A DNA stretch of 64,000 bases, taken from NCBI GenBank assembly GCA_973895155.1, contig OZ316893.1:24665520-24729519 (forward strand), in the 5' to 3' direction. Positions 13,261-26,400 of the stretch are shown one piece after another. Origin of the DNA: Marsupella aquatica. Taxonomy: Eukaryota > Plantae > Marchantiophyta. The position numbers and the translations under genes are program-made. Every line of letters starts with the position of its first letter. Position 1 is the first letter of the stretch. The notes under the pieces were generated by a model that had not been told where the DNA came from, made no database searches, and was given only the letters and a program-made list of their open reading frames with translations.

Positions 13261-14244
13261 CTACATCGGCAAGTCTTCCTTCCTTGGCCTAAACACCTGC
13301 TCGATCGTCGGACTGTCGGGCTGGTTGGGCTTCTCTGGTGCCGGCCTCTGCTCCAGGACCTCCTCCGGTGCCCTTGCCGATAAGGGAAGTACTGGGGCAA
13401 AGATTTGACTTCTGGCATACCGGCACAATAGCGGCATGTGATAGCCAAGCCGGGACACGCTTCCCACGCCGATCACCTGCTGTTCCTCCTTCAAGATCTT
13501 CTTCAGTTGGTTGAGGAGGTACCCGTTGTAATCCCGACTTGGGTCTGGCCTTTCTGCCAGGTAGACCCGAGCCTTGCCGATCTCTGCCCTCGGCAAGTTA
13601 CAGTGCATGGTCACTCGCAAGAAATTGATCATCTCTCCGATGTGCGGGTTGGTGCAGGTGTTCCGGAAGAAGCCATTCTTCGTTGATGGTCCTAGGAACG
13701 ACCGGAACTCCTTGTTAGGTAAGGTCTTCCTGGTATCAACCTTGGTCTTATTACCCATCGGCAAGCCAAACACCTCAGCAATCACCCGGGGAGTGAGATA
13801 GAAATCCTTCCCATACACTCTCATGGAATTGGTCTCGGGTTCCCATGATCCCACAAATTCTAAGAAGTCTGAGTCCGGCACCTCCGGCTTCAGCCATGGT
13901 AATCTTACGAAGGCTTCCAAGCCGGATCCGGCCATGAAGCCTTGGTACTTCTTGGTCTGCATGGCCGTAAAGCATGCATCCTCCTCCCGTGCAAAGTATA
14001 ATTGCACTTCCTCCGGTAGGGTCGCCGCCCAGCCTTTCCAGGTGTCATCGTTTGTTGGAATGGCATTGATGGGATCGACCTCTTCCTCATCGGCTTCTCC
14101 CCTTGTCCTGCTCTGCTGCTCTGCTGGCTTCCTAGGTGCCGCCGACCTTGTTCTTTTTGCCGGGGTGGCCTCTTCGTTGTTGTTTCCTTTCCTCTTCATC
14201 TCGGCTGCCATGGATGTTTCTCCTAGCAAGGTTCCTTTGTCCAC
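13261..14244 (-). CDS. 327-aa hypothetical element protein, weakly plant-mobile-domain-like
   Basis: Open ORF. FLEFVGSWEPETNSMRVYGKDFYLTPRVIAEVFGLP resembles the helical domain of accessory ORFs in plant mobile elements; function not assignable. Confidence 0.5.
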   Translation of the reverse strand: MDKGTLLGETSMAAEMKRKGNNNEEATPAKRTRSAAPRKPAEQQSRTRGEADEEEVDPINAIPTNDDTWKGWAATLPEEVQLYFAREEDACFTAMQTKKYQGFMAGSGLEAFVRLPWLKPEVPDSDFLEFVGSWEPETNSMRVYGKDFYLTPRVIAEVFGLPMGNKTKVDTRKTLPNKEFRSFLGPSTKNGFFRNTCTNPHIGEMINFLRVTMHCNLPRAEIGKARVYLAERPDPSRDYNGYLLNQLKKILKEEQQVIGVGSVSRLGYHMPLLCRYARSQIFAPVLPLSARAPEEVLEQRPAPEKPNQPDSPTIEQVFRPRKEDLPM

Positions 14245-14945
14245 CCCTCCGTGTTACCCTTCAACTCCCAGTGTAGGTTGTTGCAACGATTTATGGCTTC
14301 CCGGATGCCGACGATTCTGTTTTTGCAAAACAGAAGGTCGTCGAGCTGATTGGTAGTAGGAGTCCACAAGAACTCAGCCTTGATAAGTTCTCCTCCTAAG
14401 AAATCCGTCTTCTGCAATTCCTAGAGCCGAGCAAGCTTCTGCCATTCTTGAGCTGCTCTCTCCGATTCTCCGTCCTCGTAAGTCCTGACGTACTCACCTG
14501 CCCGTTCGAACAGGCATCCCCAAAAATGTGCCTCTTGATTGACATTGCTCATACCCTCCTTGAGTCGATCGTTGGTATTTGTTCCCACCCTGAGTGCTTG
14601 TCTAAGCAACTGACAGCATTTGGCCTCCCGTAGTCGTCTGCCCAGTTTGTTCTTGCAAATGAGCCACTATTCCTCGCAAGCGGTCCTTACCCCTCTCCTC
14701 CTCTGGTCTCCCCTCCCGTTGGTCACCCCTAACCGCTGACGCTTAGCACACCCTAACCCTAATCGTGTTCTCTCCCCCGGTGTCCTTACTTCCGGCCTCG
14801 GCCCATGTTCCATAGTCACCCTTAATTGTTTATATTTTCCTTGTTTTTGGTCCTATACTAAGGTGTTTCCAGGGTACACTCTTGCTTTACCATGTAAACC
14901 GGGCTTAGTGATTCCTAGCTAGGCATCACACATCATTACAACCAC

Positions 14946-16095
14946 GGCCGAGAATGATGATGATGCAGATGAAGACGTGGAGCAAGAGGAAGAGGAAGCA
15001 GAAGCTCCGGCATTAGATCTTGGCTCATTCCTCGAGGTGTAGAGATTATTTTGAGATTAGTTTGCTGCAATTGAGATTTCCCCCAAAATGTATATGAACT
15101 TCCGGAAATATTGAAATAGATTTATATGTTCTTATGTGACAATAATGTCCTTGCAGGATCCATCAAAGGAGGTTATTGAATTGAAAAGTGTTCTTCATGG
15201 ATTTTTGTACAATCCTTTTGTTGGTCATCTCCTCAATCAAGAAACATTGGAACAACTTGAACCCGACCAATATTTGGGTGACGAAATTATGGAATTTTAC
15301 CCAGAGTCCCAAATAGAAGAACAGGGAGATCTTGCTCCAATGGTAAACATGTTATCTTCCTTTTTTTATCCTTGGATGGTTTCAAGGATTGAAAAAGAAC
15401 CAACACATGAATCCCTTAAAGAATCTTTACAGAAAATGCAAGCTTATTACAAGCCACCGTTTTCCAAGATTGAGGTTATTCTTATGCCAATTCACATGAG
15501 TGGCCATTGGAGTTTGGTTGTCATATGTTTGGATCGATCTCAATCTTTGATCCAAATGTATCATCTAGACTCACTTGCTGGTCTACATGAAACTTGTGTA
15601 ATTGAATCGGCACTGAAAAGGTGAAAGACTTAACTTTATCTTCTACTATTTGTTTTTCAAATGAGATTATTTAATTCATGTGATTATAAATGCTACTGAC
15701 TAAGGAATCGCTTTCAATGACTTGCATATATTTCACAATAGAATGGGAACTATTTTTTGGAAAAGTGTCACTGGGTGTTATGGAGATGTGGAATCCAAAG
15801 GTATGTGATTTATTTGATTTTTAATTCTTTTTGGGTTGAAAAACATATTTATGAATTATACAAAAATACACCATGTTTTTTTCAGGTGCCACAACAACCA
15901 AATACCACAGATTGTGGTTTATTTGTCTTGCACAACATGGATCAAATTAGAGTTCAATGGAATAATTCAAAATCTGTATCCGCAGAGTCTTTATTTACAA
16001 GAGATTGGTACAACCCCACACAAGCATGTCACCTGCGAAAGGTGATCAGAGATAGAGTTATTAAATTAATGCATGTATCATCATTAGTAGTCTAA
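14946..16095 (+). pseudogene. Acidic linker plus Ulp1/SENP-type (peptidase C48) SUMO protease exons; probable 3' part of the ParB-MTase gene
   Basis: LEPDQYLGDEIMEFY...ILMPIHMSGHWSLVVI...YHLDSL...VPQQPNTTDCGLFV gives the His/Asp/Gln/Cys catalytic set. GT-AG introns at ~15037-15156, ~15621-15741 and ~15801-15885. Confidence 0.85.
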
Positions 16096-16109
16096 TTAGT
16101 AAATGAAAC

Positions 16110-19100
16110 TCAATCTTCTGAAGATACAGAACCTCGCTCTAAAATAGCAACCTCTATAATCTTCTTTGTTTTTGCTGCTATTTGGTTATTTGTCAAAAGT
16201 GCAAAATTGTATGCATATATCGCTGTTGACGACAAAACAAGTTCATCTTGACGAAGTCTATTAGATACATTATCTTTTTCTGGAAAATATTTTCCATCAA
16301 TTGCAGTCTCAGCACCTGCCTCAGTTGTATACCACGTGATTTTGATTCTTTCCGGAATGTCTTCTCTTTTTGTCAAAATCTTTGACACCTTTGCCATCCA
16401 AAATAACTTGCCTTCTGGATCTTTGTGTGCTGCTACGCATATCATTGACCATTTGTTGTTCACTTCCATATCTTTGAAATCCCCAAGTTCAGGTTGCTTT
16501 CGCCGAGGACCTGAGTACATAATCCTCTGTGGTCCTGCAACTTTATCAACTAGAGTTGGGTCAACATCTTCGGACTTTGAAATCTGATTTGTTGACACAC
16601 CACCAAGTCCACGCCTTTCATTTTGTTGTGGCCAAACCCATTCAAATAACCACTCACCCTCCTCTAAGTGGTTTTTGATAACATCATTTTGCTTCTCAAA
16701 GAATTTCATCCACCATAGTTTATCTTCATTGTCAAAGTAATTGAATCCCTCTTGAATTGCTTTTTGATATTTCACCAGAATGGATAATACACCATTTGAG
16801 TCCATCAAATCATCATCCCGTTCAACACCTTTTGCTGACTTTAGTGACATCTGTGCTGCAACCCACATTCTTGAAGTGGGGATGTAGTTGACAAATGCTA
16901 CCACGTCTCCCCAATCAGAGGTTGTAGATAGATGTTTCGCTTGAATCTGATTTGCCTTTGAAAAGTTATGAGGTTGAGATCTCTCAAAACTCGACCTGAA
17001 ACTCCGTTGTCATTTGGTTGGTCGGTCTCATTCACAAATTTTCTGAAGTCTGCAACTTCATCCACAAAAATTACATCTGCTTGAGGAGAATATGCCCGTT
17101 GTAGAATATCCACAAGAGTATCTAAGCGAAATGCTTTATGCTTGTTTAATCTAGATGAGAACTTACTAAACATCTGATCTATTTGGTCATGCGTATGACC
17201 AACCAACAAAAAGCCAACTTTTATCTTGTCAAAAACCTTTAAATCTACCAACATGTGTAGATAAGCCATCAAGAACTTATTATTGTTCTCCCTAGTGGTA
17301 TTATCCAATTGAAGATATAATACCCGTGGCAGTATCCCATCCCATGTATTCAAAATATTTTGAATAACATGAATGGTGAGATTTGCATCATTGTGGATGT
17401 TGGGGTAAGTCAGAAAAACTTTTGCCGCAAACTTTCTATTAAAGATAAGACAACCCACAACATGTATAGGGATGAAATATTTCTCATCCATGTTCTTTGA
17501 ACATCGAATAAAATGTGGTAGCGCAGTTTTCTTTTGATCCATACCGTCAATACAAATACCCAAATACTTGTTGGGTTCATCATAGCATTTCTTTCGATGC
17601 TTTGCCAACTTCATCCTCTCGAGTGATTGTACTCTTCGATGCTCCATAAGAGCGTTGATATACTTTCCTGCAATAATACAATCATGCGTAATCAATAAAT
17701 TACCTATTCATCATTGTGTCTAACTTATCACTATCTTAGTTAGACACAAATGTAAGGTTACAGTGAACTTACTTTTATCTTCTTCTGTCGTTGCTTTGTC
17801 TCGAAGAGCCTTGAATTCGATACATGGACCACAAGTGGAAAAACGACTCCTTTTGGGAATTCGAACATTTGAAAACTTCTTCTTCCAAACGCGCAAGAAA
17901 TAAGAATATGTAACATATTGCTCTTCCCGCAAGATTTTTTCGGCGAGAAAGATTTCATGAATCTCTTGCTTTGTCCAAATTGTCTGGCAAGTGATGAATT
18001 TCTTTATGGGGAAGACTATCCATGTTTTTTTGAAAGAAATCTTTCAACCATTCCACCAAGTTGAGAAATGAAGGCGAGTCTTCCTTACAGAATGTATCTC
18101 GTTCAATCCTGGTGAACATGTTTGCATGGATTGTAGCCAACCTATTATTCCCTATGGAATATAGTTTCTTGAAACCTCCTCTACAAATAGTTTGTCCATT
18201 CACACTATATCCATGGGAAGTATTATAATTACTCATAATACATCCTCGCAAAAGAATGTTTTTTTGTGAGTGTGAGAGACCAAAATAATACTTACGTTGT
18301 TTCCAACATTCTTCTAGACCTAAAGACCTCAAGCAAAACTTGTCACAACAGGAATACTTAAAAATATCTTTAATTTTTTGTTTTTTCAAGTTTGTATTGA
18401 TAAGCCTATCTTTTTGAATCATCTGGTCTCTAATTTTTTTGCTTGGTCTTCTCACCTCTACTCTATCCTGTATTGTGTCGGGAGAATTCACTCCTCCACT
18501 ACTTTCCATGGGACTCATTGAACTTAAAACAAAAGTGTCTTGATCTTCTCCGGTATTACTTTCACTCTCTACATTTTCTAAGATTGGTTCGTGAGCACTC
18601 TCGCGACCAAGGATCTCTTTAACAATATTTGAGATTTCAACAGTCCCTATGGCATCCTCTACGGCATTGACTGGTACCTCCGATTCTTCTTCAGATTCTT
18701 CTGGAAAAGAAATTGGTACCCAAAGATTTCTTCTCTGAAATCTTCTACCGATATTCCTTGCTTCTACAAGAGTATTCCCCACTTGTCTCTGAGAATGTAC
18801 TCCTTGCCTTGGTGTCTCTTGACTAGACGGATCATCTTGACCATTGAATAGTCTCTAAACAACCTTCAATTTTCCTTCTAGCCTTGAATTTTCTGGGCAA
18901 GTTTGTGGCAACGCACTTCGCAACAATCTGTGAGGAATTTGATGGACACCTGCAGCATTTGTGACACTTGATCTCCTTCCTCCCTTTTGAAGTGGTCGTC
19001 CTACCAAAGATCCAGCAACCTCACACTGCATTCAAGCCAAAGGGCTTCGAAGCCCAAAGTTAACGTTTGATTGACCACTAGGCAAATCACCGATGGGAAC

Positions 19101-20155
19101 ACGGAATGGGATCCGTGGATCCCAACTCGTATTCGTCCACTTGGACTTCGAAGTGAGAGCTGCCCCACTTGTGGTTCTATGGTAGCGCTTGACAATTTTC
19201 CATTGTGTAAAACAAAGTGGGATCCACGGATCCCCTGTCTCATTCCTCCGCCCAAAGCGACTAACAAAGTTTGACTGCTTCGCAATTTGGGCTCAACATT
19301 TGGTAAAATTCCAGGAGGGGATACCAAGTGGGATCCACGGATCCCCTTCCGCATTCCTCTCCCTGAATTAGCAGGCAATGGTTGTCCGCTTCGCATTTTG
19401 GGCTCACCATTTGGTAAAATTCTAGGAGGGGATACCAAGTGGGATCCACGGATCCAATTTTGCATTCCTCCCACCAAATCAATAGGCGAAGGTTGCCCGA
19501 TTTGCAATTCTAGCTCGCCATTTAGTAAAATTCCAGGAGGGAATACCAAATGGGATCCACGGATCCCACTTGGTATTCCACTAATGGAATTTGGTAGCGA
19601 AGGAGATGAAATTGGTAATTCACGCTCTCCATTCAACAAACTTTGAGTAGGGATCCCTCTGGATATTCTTCGTGCGGCCGGCACTTCTAGCACCGTCGAA
19701 CTTCTCATTCGCTCAAACTGCGATTGCACACTAGACAAAGCTAGTTGGACTCCAGGAGGACGCGACATCGGGAAAACTAGAGGAGATCTCTTGGCGGGCC
19801 TACATGGCAACATTGTTCTTGGCATTAGAAACCGAGGCCGACGTTTGGGTGCATCTGGAGGGGTTTGCGGTGAACTAGTCTGACCTAAGGGTATGACAGT
19901 GGACTTTCTCCCAAGCAAACGTCATTTAAGTGGTTTACTTGGAGAAACATAATAAGATGTTGGAGCTCCAACAACACTTCTCCCAGACTCGGAATCAGAC
20001 CGTGAACTCTCTGAATCTGATGAAAATGACATCTCTGGCAAAACTCTTTGTGAAACTGGAAGCTCCTTCATCAAACAAGATGGAATGAATTTGCGAACAA
20101 CATCTGGCGAAGATGCATCAGAACTGTAAATAGACTCATCACCTAAAGACGCCAT
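16110..20155 (-). pseudogene. RNase H-fold DDD transposase, Sola/CMC-like (frameshifts, introns)
   Basis: Cys motifs CCDKFCL, ICRGGF, FSTCGPC. Catalytic-type motifs ICIDGMDQKK, LQLDNTTRENNN, FLLVGHTHDQIDQMFS. Colinear with the element B transposase. The 5' exon structure (19001-20155) is uncertain. Confidence 0.8.
19105..19665. repeat. 111-bp tandem repeat x5, each unit with a GGGATCC-N1/2-GGATCC(C) palindrome
   Basis: ggatcc cores start at 19109, 19220, 19331, 19442 and 19553 (exact 111-bp spacing). More copies at 20440-20620. Confidence 0.85.
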
Positions 20156-21239
20156 TGAGATAGTATCAAGGTTCTATAAGACTAAGGATTCCTATGGGGA
20201 GTGGAACGTTCTGGTGACTCCAATCTAGGAAAATAGAGACTCACTATTTGAGAACCTAAAATGAGTCGTAAAAACTGAAGACAGAATCATATGCAAGCTT
20301 GTTCTTATATAGTTTTTGGGAATGTGTCCACGTGGCTTCCATTCATTGGTCCGTACAAATCTTTAAACGAGAAGAAAATTGATCTTTGAGAGAAAAGAGT
20401 ATTCGAAAATTGTTTGTTTCTTGAGTTGGATCGGACAATGGGATCCATGGATCCCGATTGGTATTCAAACGTTGATTTAGCGACGCGGGGGTTCGACAAT
20501 GGCAAATTTGGAAGGGTGAATACCAAATGGGATCCGTGGATCCCACTTCGTATTCACCCCGACTTTTGGCTGAGTTCTTTTTGGACTTGGGAAATAAAAT
20601 GGGATCCATGGATCCCTGTTGGTATTCATATCTCTAATTTGTTAGATGGAGGTTGGCGGTTGGGAAATAAACGGTCTACAATATGTCCAACCATTTGCTT
20701 GAGTTAACTTAACTGACTGCGTTGGTCGACCGTGGTCGCTAGTAAAGTTTATGCAGTACGTCGTTTTACCTTTGGTAAACATTCAAATCTAGTTTACCCG
20801 GTATGGTAACTAAAGGCCCCAAATGATCAACTTAGCGTGTTTTTGTTTGATTTTCAACGGAGGAATCTGAAACGGGATACGGCGTATCCCATTTTGGTTT
20901 GAATGATTTGCTTGTCAAATGGAGATTTGTGTTATTCAAGTTTTTCCGGGCGAATTGATTTAGTGCGCGGAAATAGGACTTGAAAATCATTGTTTTATGG
21001 GTTTTCTGTTTGACAAATATTTTTGGGATCAATTGTTCTAAAATCCAAGATTTTAATGATTTTCCATTTTTTGTCAAAAAGTATCTCAATTTGGAATTCA
21101 ATGTTGGATCCAATTTTGCATTCATCTAAGAATTTGTGTTTTTGATATCAATTTAAGATATTTTTCACCGTTTTTTGCAAAAATCAAAACACACTTCTCG
21201 TTTGGTCATCACACTTCTCGTTTGGTCGGTCAGCGTGTT

Positions 21240-22675
21240 CCTAGTGCTATCATTGAAGACAAGCCTGAATGACCAATTTGGGGCTAAGGGCTGGAGGTCG
21301 GCGCTAGAGTGTCATGTAGCCCCACATAGAGCTCGCAACCCCTCCACTAGGTGCCAAATACTACATTTATGATTCTCCAACCACTAGTTGCGACATAAAC
21401 ACTTTGGACACATGTTTTTGCGTTTACTTGGGGCATGATGCACCTTTGGGGAAATCACTCCCAGGTCATATAACTTTGGAGTGATTTGCCAAAAGTGTCA
21501 CCATTGATGCATACCATCCTATCCAAAGGGAAATGAAGCCATTTTTTGTCTCTGCAAGAAGTAGCGCAACACCAATGGAAGACTATCATCCTTCCATGTA
21601 ATTGTGTCATGTTTGTGCCTTTGTTTGGATGGGGAATATTCTATTTTGCAAATGAATAGTGACAGGGCAATGAAGGATGTAGTGTAATCTTTATTGGGTC
21701 ATTTTTAGACAAATTTGTGTCATAATGCCAATGACTACAAGTAGAGTCATTAAAACTGTTATATGGTATGTCATATAAGTCAAGTGACTATACTTGTGGT
21801 CATTTGTGTGGTCCCCCATGCAGTCATTAAACAGAAGCAAAAATGACCAGTTTGGGGCTAGGGGCTGGAGGTGGGCCCTAGAGTGCTATGTGGCCTCACA
21901 TAGAGGTGAGAACCCTTCCACTAGGTGCGGGACACTATACTCATCATTGTCCAACCACTAGTTGCGACATAAACACTTTGGACACATGTTTTTGCGTTTA
22001 CTTAAGACACGATGCACCTTTGGGGAAATCACTCCCAAGTCGTACGACTTTGGAGTGATTTGCCAAAAGTGTCACCATGGATGCATATCATCGTTCCAAA
22101 CACAAAAGAAGCCCTTTTTTGTCTCTCCAAGAGGTAGCGCAATACCATTGGAATGGGCGTGGCAGTGGTGCTTCCCTCTATGATGTGTCTGATGTTTAAA
22201 GGTATATAAATATTCTGTTTTTGCAAGGAATGTAGAGCGGGTTCTCTCTAGCGGTACTAGGACCTTCATTGGGTCATTTTTGAACAAAGTCATGTCATAA
22301 GTGCCAATGACCACAAATAGGGTCATTGAAATGGTCGTACGGGATGTCATATAAGTCAAATGACTGGACTTGTTATCATTTGAGGGGTCTCTAGTGCAGT
22401 CATTGAAGACAAGCATGAATGACCAATTTGGAGCTAAGGGCTGGAGGTGGGCCCTAGAGTGCCATGTGGCTCCACATAGAGCTCGCAACCCCTCCACTAC
22501 GTGTCAAAATACTATATTTACTATTCTCCAGCCACTAGTTGCACCATTAGCAGTTTGGAGCCACGGTTTTGTGTTTACTTAAGGGATGATATAATCTTGG
22601 GGAAATCACTCCCAAGTCATACGACTTTGGAGTGATTTGCCAAAAGTGTCACCATTGATGCATACCATCCTATCT
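21240..22675. repeat. Degenerate satellite, ~575-bp unit, ~2.5 copies
   Basis: Units begin ~21243, ~21818 and ~22391 and share gggctggaggt...cacatagagctcgcaacccctccact and a hairpin aaatcactcc...ggagtgattt. Confidence 0.85.
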
Positions 22676-23429
22676 CACTACTACATATTGGCCCCTTTTG
22701 CGAAGGTGTTTTTTGACGTCGGGAAGGCCTTGCGATGTTAGAACCTTCAGATATTTTGTGATGCAACACGCATCACAATATCCCATGCTCTTACCATCAC
22801 ACATTCAAGTTGCGAAGCTACAGACATCGCAATTAATTTTTGATGTTATTGACTTTGCAACGCGTTTAGATACTAGTTGTCTCGCAACAACTTTGTGAGT
22901 CCGCGACCATCGCGACCGTATTCGGATACATTTTGGTTCATAATTTAGTGAGACTAATACTATCACAAATGGTTTGTGAACCTATTATGTTCGGAAAGTG
23001 TTGTGAAGAATGGTGGGTCGCAAAGTACCGAAGCCAATTTGGTCGCAAGTTTGAGAACGTATTTGTATCACAAGTACCTATGGAATTGGATTCACAAGAG
23101 GTTCAGAAATTCCTTCCTATCTGGTTCAAAAAATGTTTCGCAAAGAGAGTTGTTTGCAAAGTTTTCAAAATGGAAATTTTTGAGAGAATACTTTAGAAGA
23201 TGGAGAATGCATGTGTTTAGGTTATAAGCTAGGGATTTCAAAAAGGTGGCATGCATGAGGATAACTTTTCTAGTGGCTAGGGTTGCATGTATAGCAGTAA
23301 AATGAAATTTCAAAGTCCAAGTGTTTGTAAGACAAAAGAAGAAAATAAATAGGTAAATATAAATAAAACCATGATAGTTAATATAATCACAATTATACGC
23401 TCACAACAAGTTTTACTACTAGTGATGCA

Positions 23430-26400
23430 TCAAACTTGGTCCTCATCCTCTCCTCTGTTTGACACAATAATAACTTCAGGTTTTTCTGAGATAATGGAAC
23501 GAGATCGTGGCACATACGGTATAACAACTGACCACTCCTCTGGGTTTGGTGGGTACGGAATATAGAAACACTGCTCAAGGTGACTTGGGAATGTAAACGG
23601 TTCAGATGTTTGTCAATGAGATGGTTGAAAGCTAGTTGCTGATGTCTTCAGTCGAGTAAACCCACAATCATCAAGAAGTACTGTGCGATTCTCACCAACC
23701 AAGTGAATTTTGAACCACTTACACTTGAAGACATACTCTTCAAATTTTGTATCCGCATCATAGGATACAATCAAGATCTCCTCTATCTTCCCATAGTGAG
23801 GCACCACATCTTGGATGACATTGGTGTCATGGCGGCTACTTTGTGAATCCTGCATGAACTGCCCTTGAACTCCACAGTCAAAAGTTATACCCCTCTTCTC
23901 ATCAAGGTCAGAAATCCTGAAATGTCTCCCTTGTGTCCACATTGTTGTTCTGGTCTGAACAAGTCTCAAAGGGCCATGAACAATTGTTCGAACCTCAGGA
24001 GTCATATCTGGAAAATGTGATACACTCTCACCTTGGGCCACCATAGCATCCAACTGAAGTACTTTCTCCCTCATATACTCAAGGAACTTTGGAAAAATCC
24101 TTGGGCGACGACTCCCCCTCTTTGCATCCTCATAAAACTCTCTCCATTCTTCCATCACAGTACTATTACTCAACATGAAAGTAGTCATCTGTGTCAACTC
24201 CACTCCGGTCAGTAAGCATGTTTTTTTGGCTCCTGTTAAACGATCCTCCTCCATTTCTCTCTCTTCCATCCAACTGCGTGGACAACTAGGATCAATGGTA
24301 GCTAAGATGTTGCTGCAATAGAACATACTCTCAGCTACCAAGTATCCTGTTGCCATGCTCCCCTCCACTCGTGCACGATTTCATACATAAGCCTTTAACA
24401 TAGCCATATACCTTTCCAACCAATACATCCAACGACAATGCATTGGACCAGCAATGGCAACCTCCCTCACAAGATGAACAAGTAAATGTACTTGACAATC
24501 AAAGAAGGAAGGAGGGAGAGCCTTCTCTAACTTGCACACTACCTCTGCTGCCAATACCTCCATCCGTGGGATCTCTTCTTCATATATTTCCTTTGAGCAT
24601 ATCCATCTCAACAAAGTGCCCAATGACCATAGGGCGTCTTGCACTTCTTCACTGCCCAAGCCTATGATTGCCACAGGAAGTATATGTTGTAGTAAACGGT
24701 GATAGTCATGTGTCTTCAAATACATTGGCCACTTATGACTATCCTCCATCCCAAAAGCTTTCCGGAGATTGGCACCATAGCCTGTAGGAAACCGCATCTG
24801 ACCTATGCGTTGTCGAAACTCTCTTCTTTCACCAACACTCAAAACCCAAGGAGCTGAAGGACGGTGTTCCATCCCTGTTGATGCATCAACTGTTATCCAT
24901 ACATTTGGATGTCGTTCTAGATCCTGGCATGCCTCCCTAAAATTATGGTCCTTTTCTCCATAAAAATGCTTGATCAAAGCCTTCCCAACGTTTCCCTCTA
25001 TATGCATGGGGTCTAACAAATGATGAATCTTCAACTCTGGCCAATACGGCAATGTGGCTAGTATACTCCACCTCGTCAACCCACTTCCATCAAATGTCAT
25101 GGGGTCGTTAGGGTCTGTCACCCTATCAGCTATGGATTTCCAATGTGCAAAGGATGTACGCTTAGGTATGTCACGCTCATCACCATTGATCATGTCAAAG
25201 TCTGAAAATAGAAGGGGGTCAGACCTCATCTCATGTCCAAGTGGAAGAAACTTGGTATGCCCAAGGTAGATTATCTTGCGAAGCCATCTTGAGTACTTGG
25301 CCATATCTTCAAGGTTTGGACCACAAGTGGAGCATGCCTTATACCCTTGAGTTTGTAACCCTGAAACAAACCCAAACCCTGCAACAAACCCAAACCAAAA
25401 CAACTTTCTCAATTAGAGTCAAAAGTTCATGTACATACATAAATACGAGGGACTTCTTTTAAAACAAACTCTCTAATACATAAAAAAAACACCAATCCAT
25501 ACCCCTTACCAGGATAGTCATGCATGGTCCACATATTGATTCCCTTCAATTTGAAGACACGTGGTAATCCCCCTGTAGTTTTTCGACCATCATAGGCCCA
25601 CACATCGTCCCATAATTTTTGGAGTTCCCCAACCAATAGTGCCAAATAGGTGTCCATGTTTTTTACCTTAGATGGACCTGGGATAATCAATGATAGCAAT
25701 AAGAAGCCCTTTTTCATGGACAACCATGGTGGAAGATTGTAATTCATAACAACCACCGGCCAAACTGATGTTGGGCGTCCTTTCCCACCAAGGGAGTGTG
25801 GGCTGACCCCATCCGATGCCAACCCCAACCTCACATGACGAGGGTCATGTGCAAACTCTGGCCATTGTGCCTCCACATGCTTGTGAGTAGGGGAGTCAAC
25901 TGGCAACCGCATGACACTGGCCTCTGATCAATGTGTCTTATGCCATACCATCAATTCTACCAAGTCAGAACATCGATACATATGCAACAATCGAGGAATA
26001 ATGGGAAACCAACGGACAGCTTTCCTAGGCACCTTTTCCGTCAACATGTTGTTGTCATATCGAGGCTCATGACAAATTGGACACTCAGTTATGTTGGCAT
26101 TGGTCTCATGATATAGGATGCAGTCATTCACACAAGCATGAATGATATGATATTCCATACCAATGGATGATAGAACTCTCTTTGCCTCCTTCCAAGTTCC
26201 TGGCAATACATTGTCACTAGGTAACATGAGGTCATGGCAAATTGCAAACAAATCCGATAGAAGGGCATTGCTTGCCTTGTGTTTTGCCTGAAGATTCATC
26301 AATGCCAAGATGGCAGAGAGTCTATTCAAACGAGCACCCCCATAAATAGGTGTTCTAGCATGTGCCTCCGCTTCTTCCCATTGTTGTTGACCTTCTGGTG

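Larger units (their letters stand above)
9447..14945 (-). mobile_element. Unclassified 5.5-kb insertion bounded by a 9-bp direct repeat TACAACCAC
   Basis: TACAACCAC at 9438-9446 and 14937-14945. Acidic host-element coding sequence resumes right after 14945. Contains minus-strand intronless ORFs and a nested truncated Gypsy. Confidence 0.55.
5790..21237. mobile_element. Large DNA transposon 'element A' (ParB-MTase-Ulp1 gene plus convergent Sola/CMC-like transposase); left end not found
   Basis: The same GGGATAC/GGGATCC palindromes occur from 5825 to 20892. Gene content parallels element B. The right end ...ggtcagcgtg (5'-CAC terminus on the minus strand) abuts the satellite at ~21240. No matching TIR seen on the left, so that boundary is approximate. 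Confidence 0.65.

Noticed and set aside
19001-19918. 305-aa ORF as an independent gene
   Set aside because: Largely made of the 111-bp repeat, which is open in several frames. May be intron or low-complexity N-terminus of transposase A.
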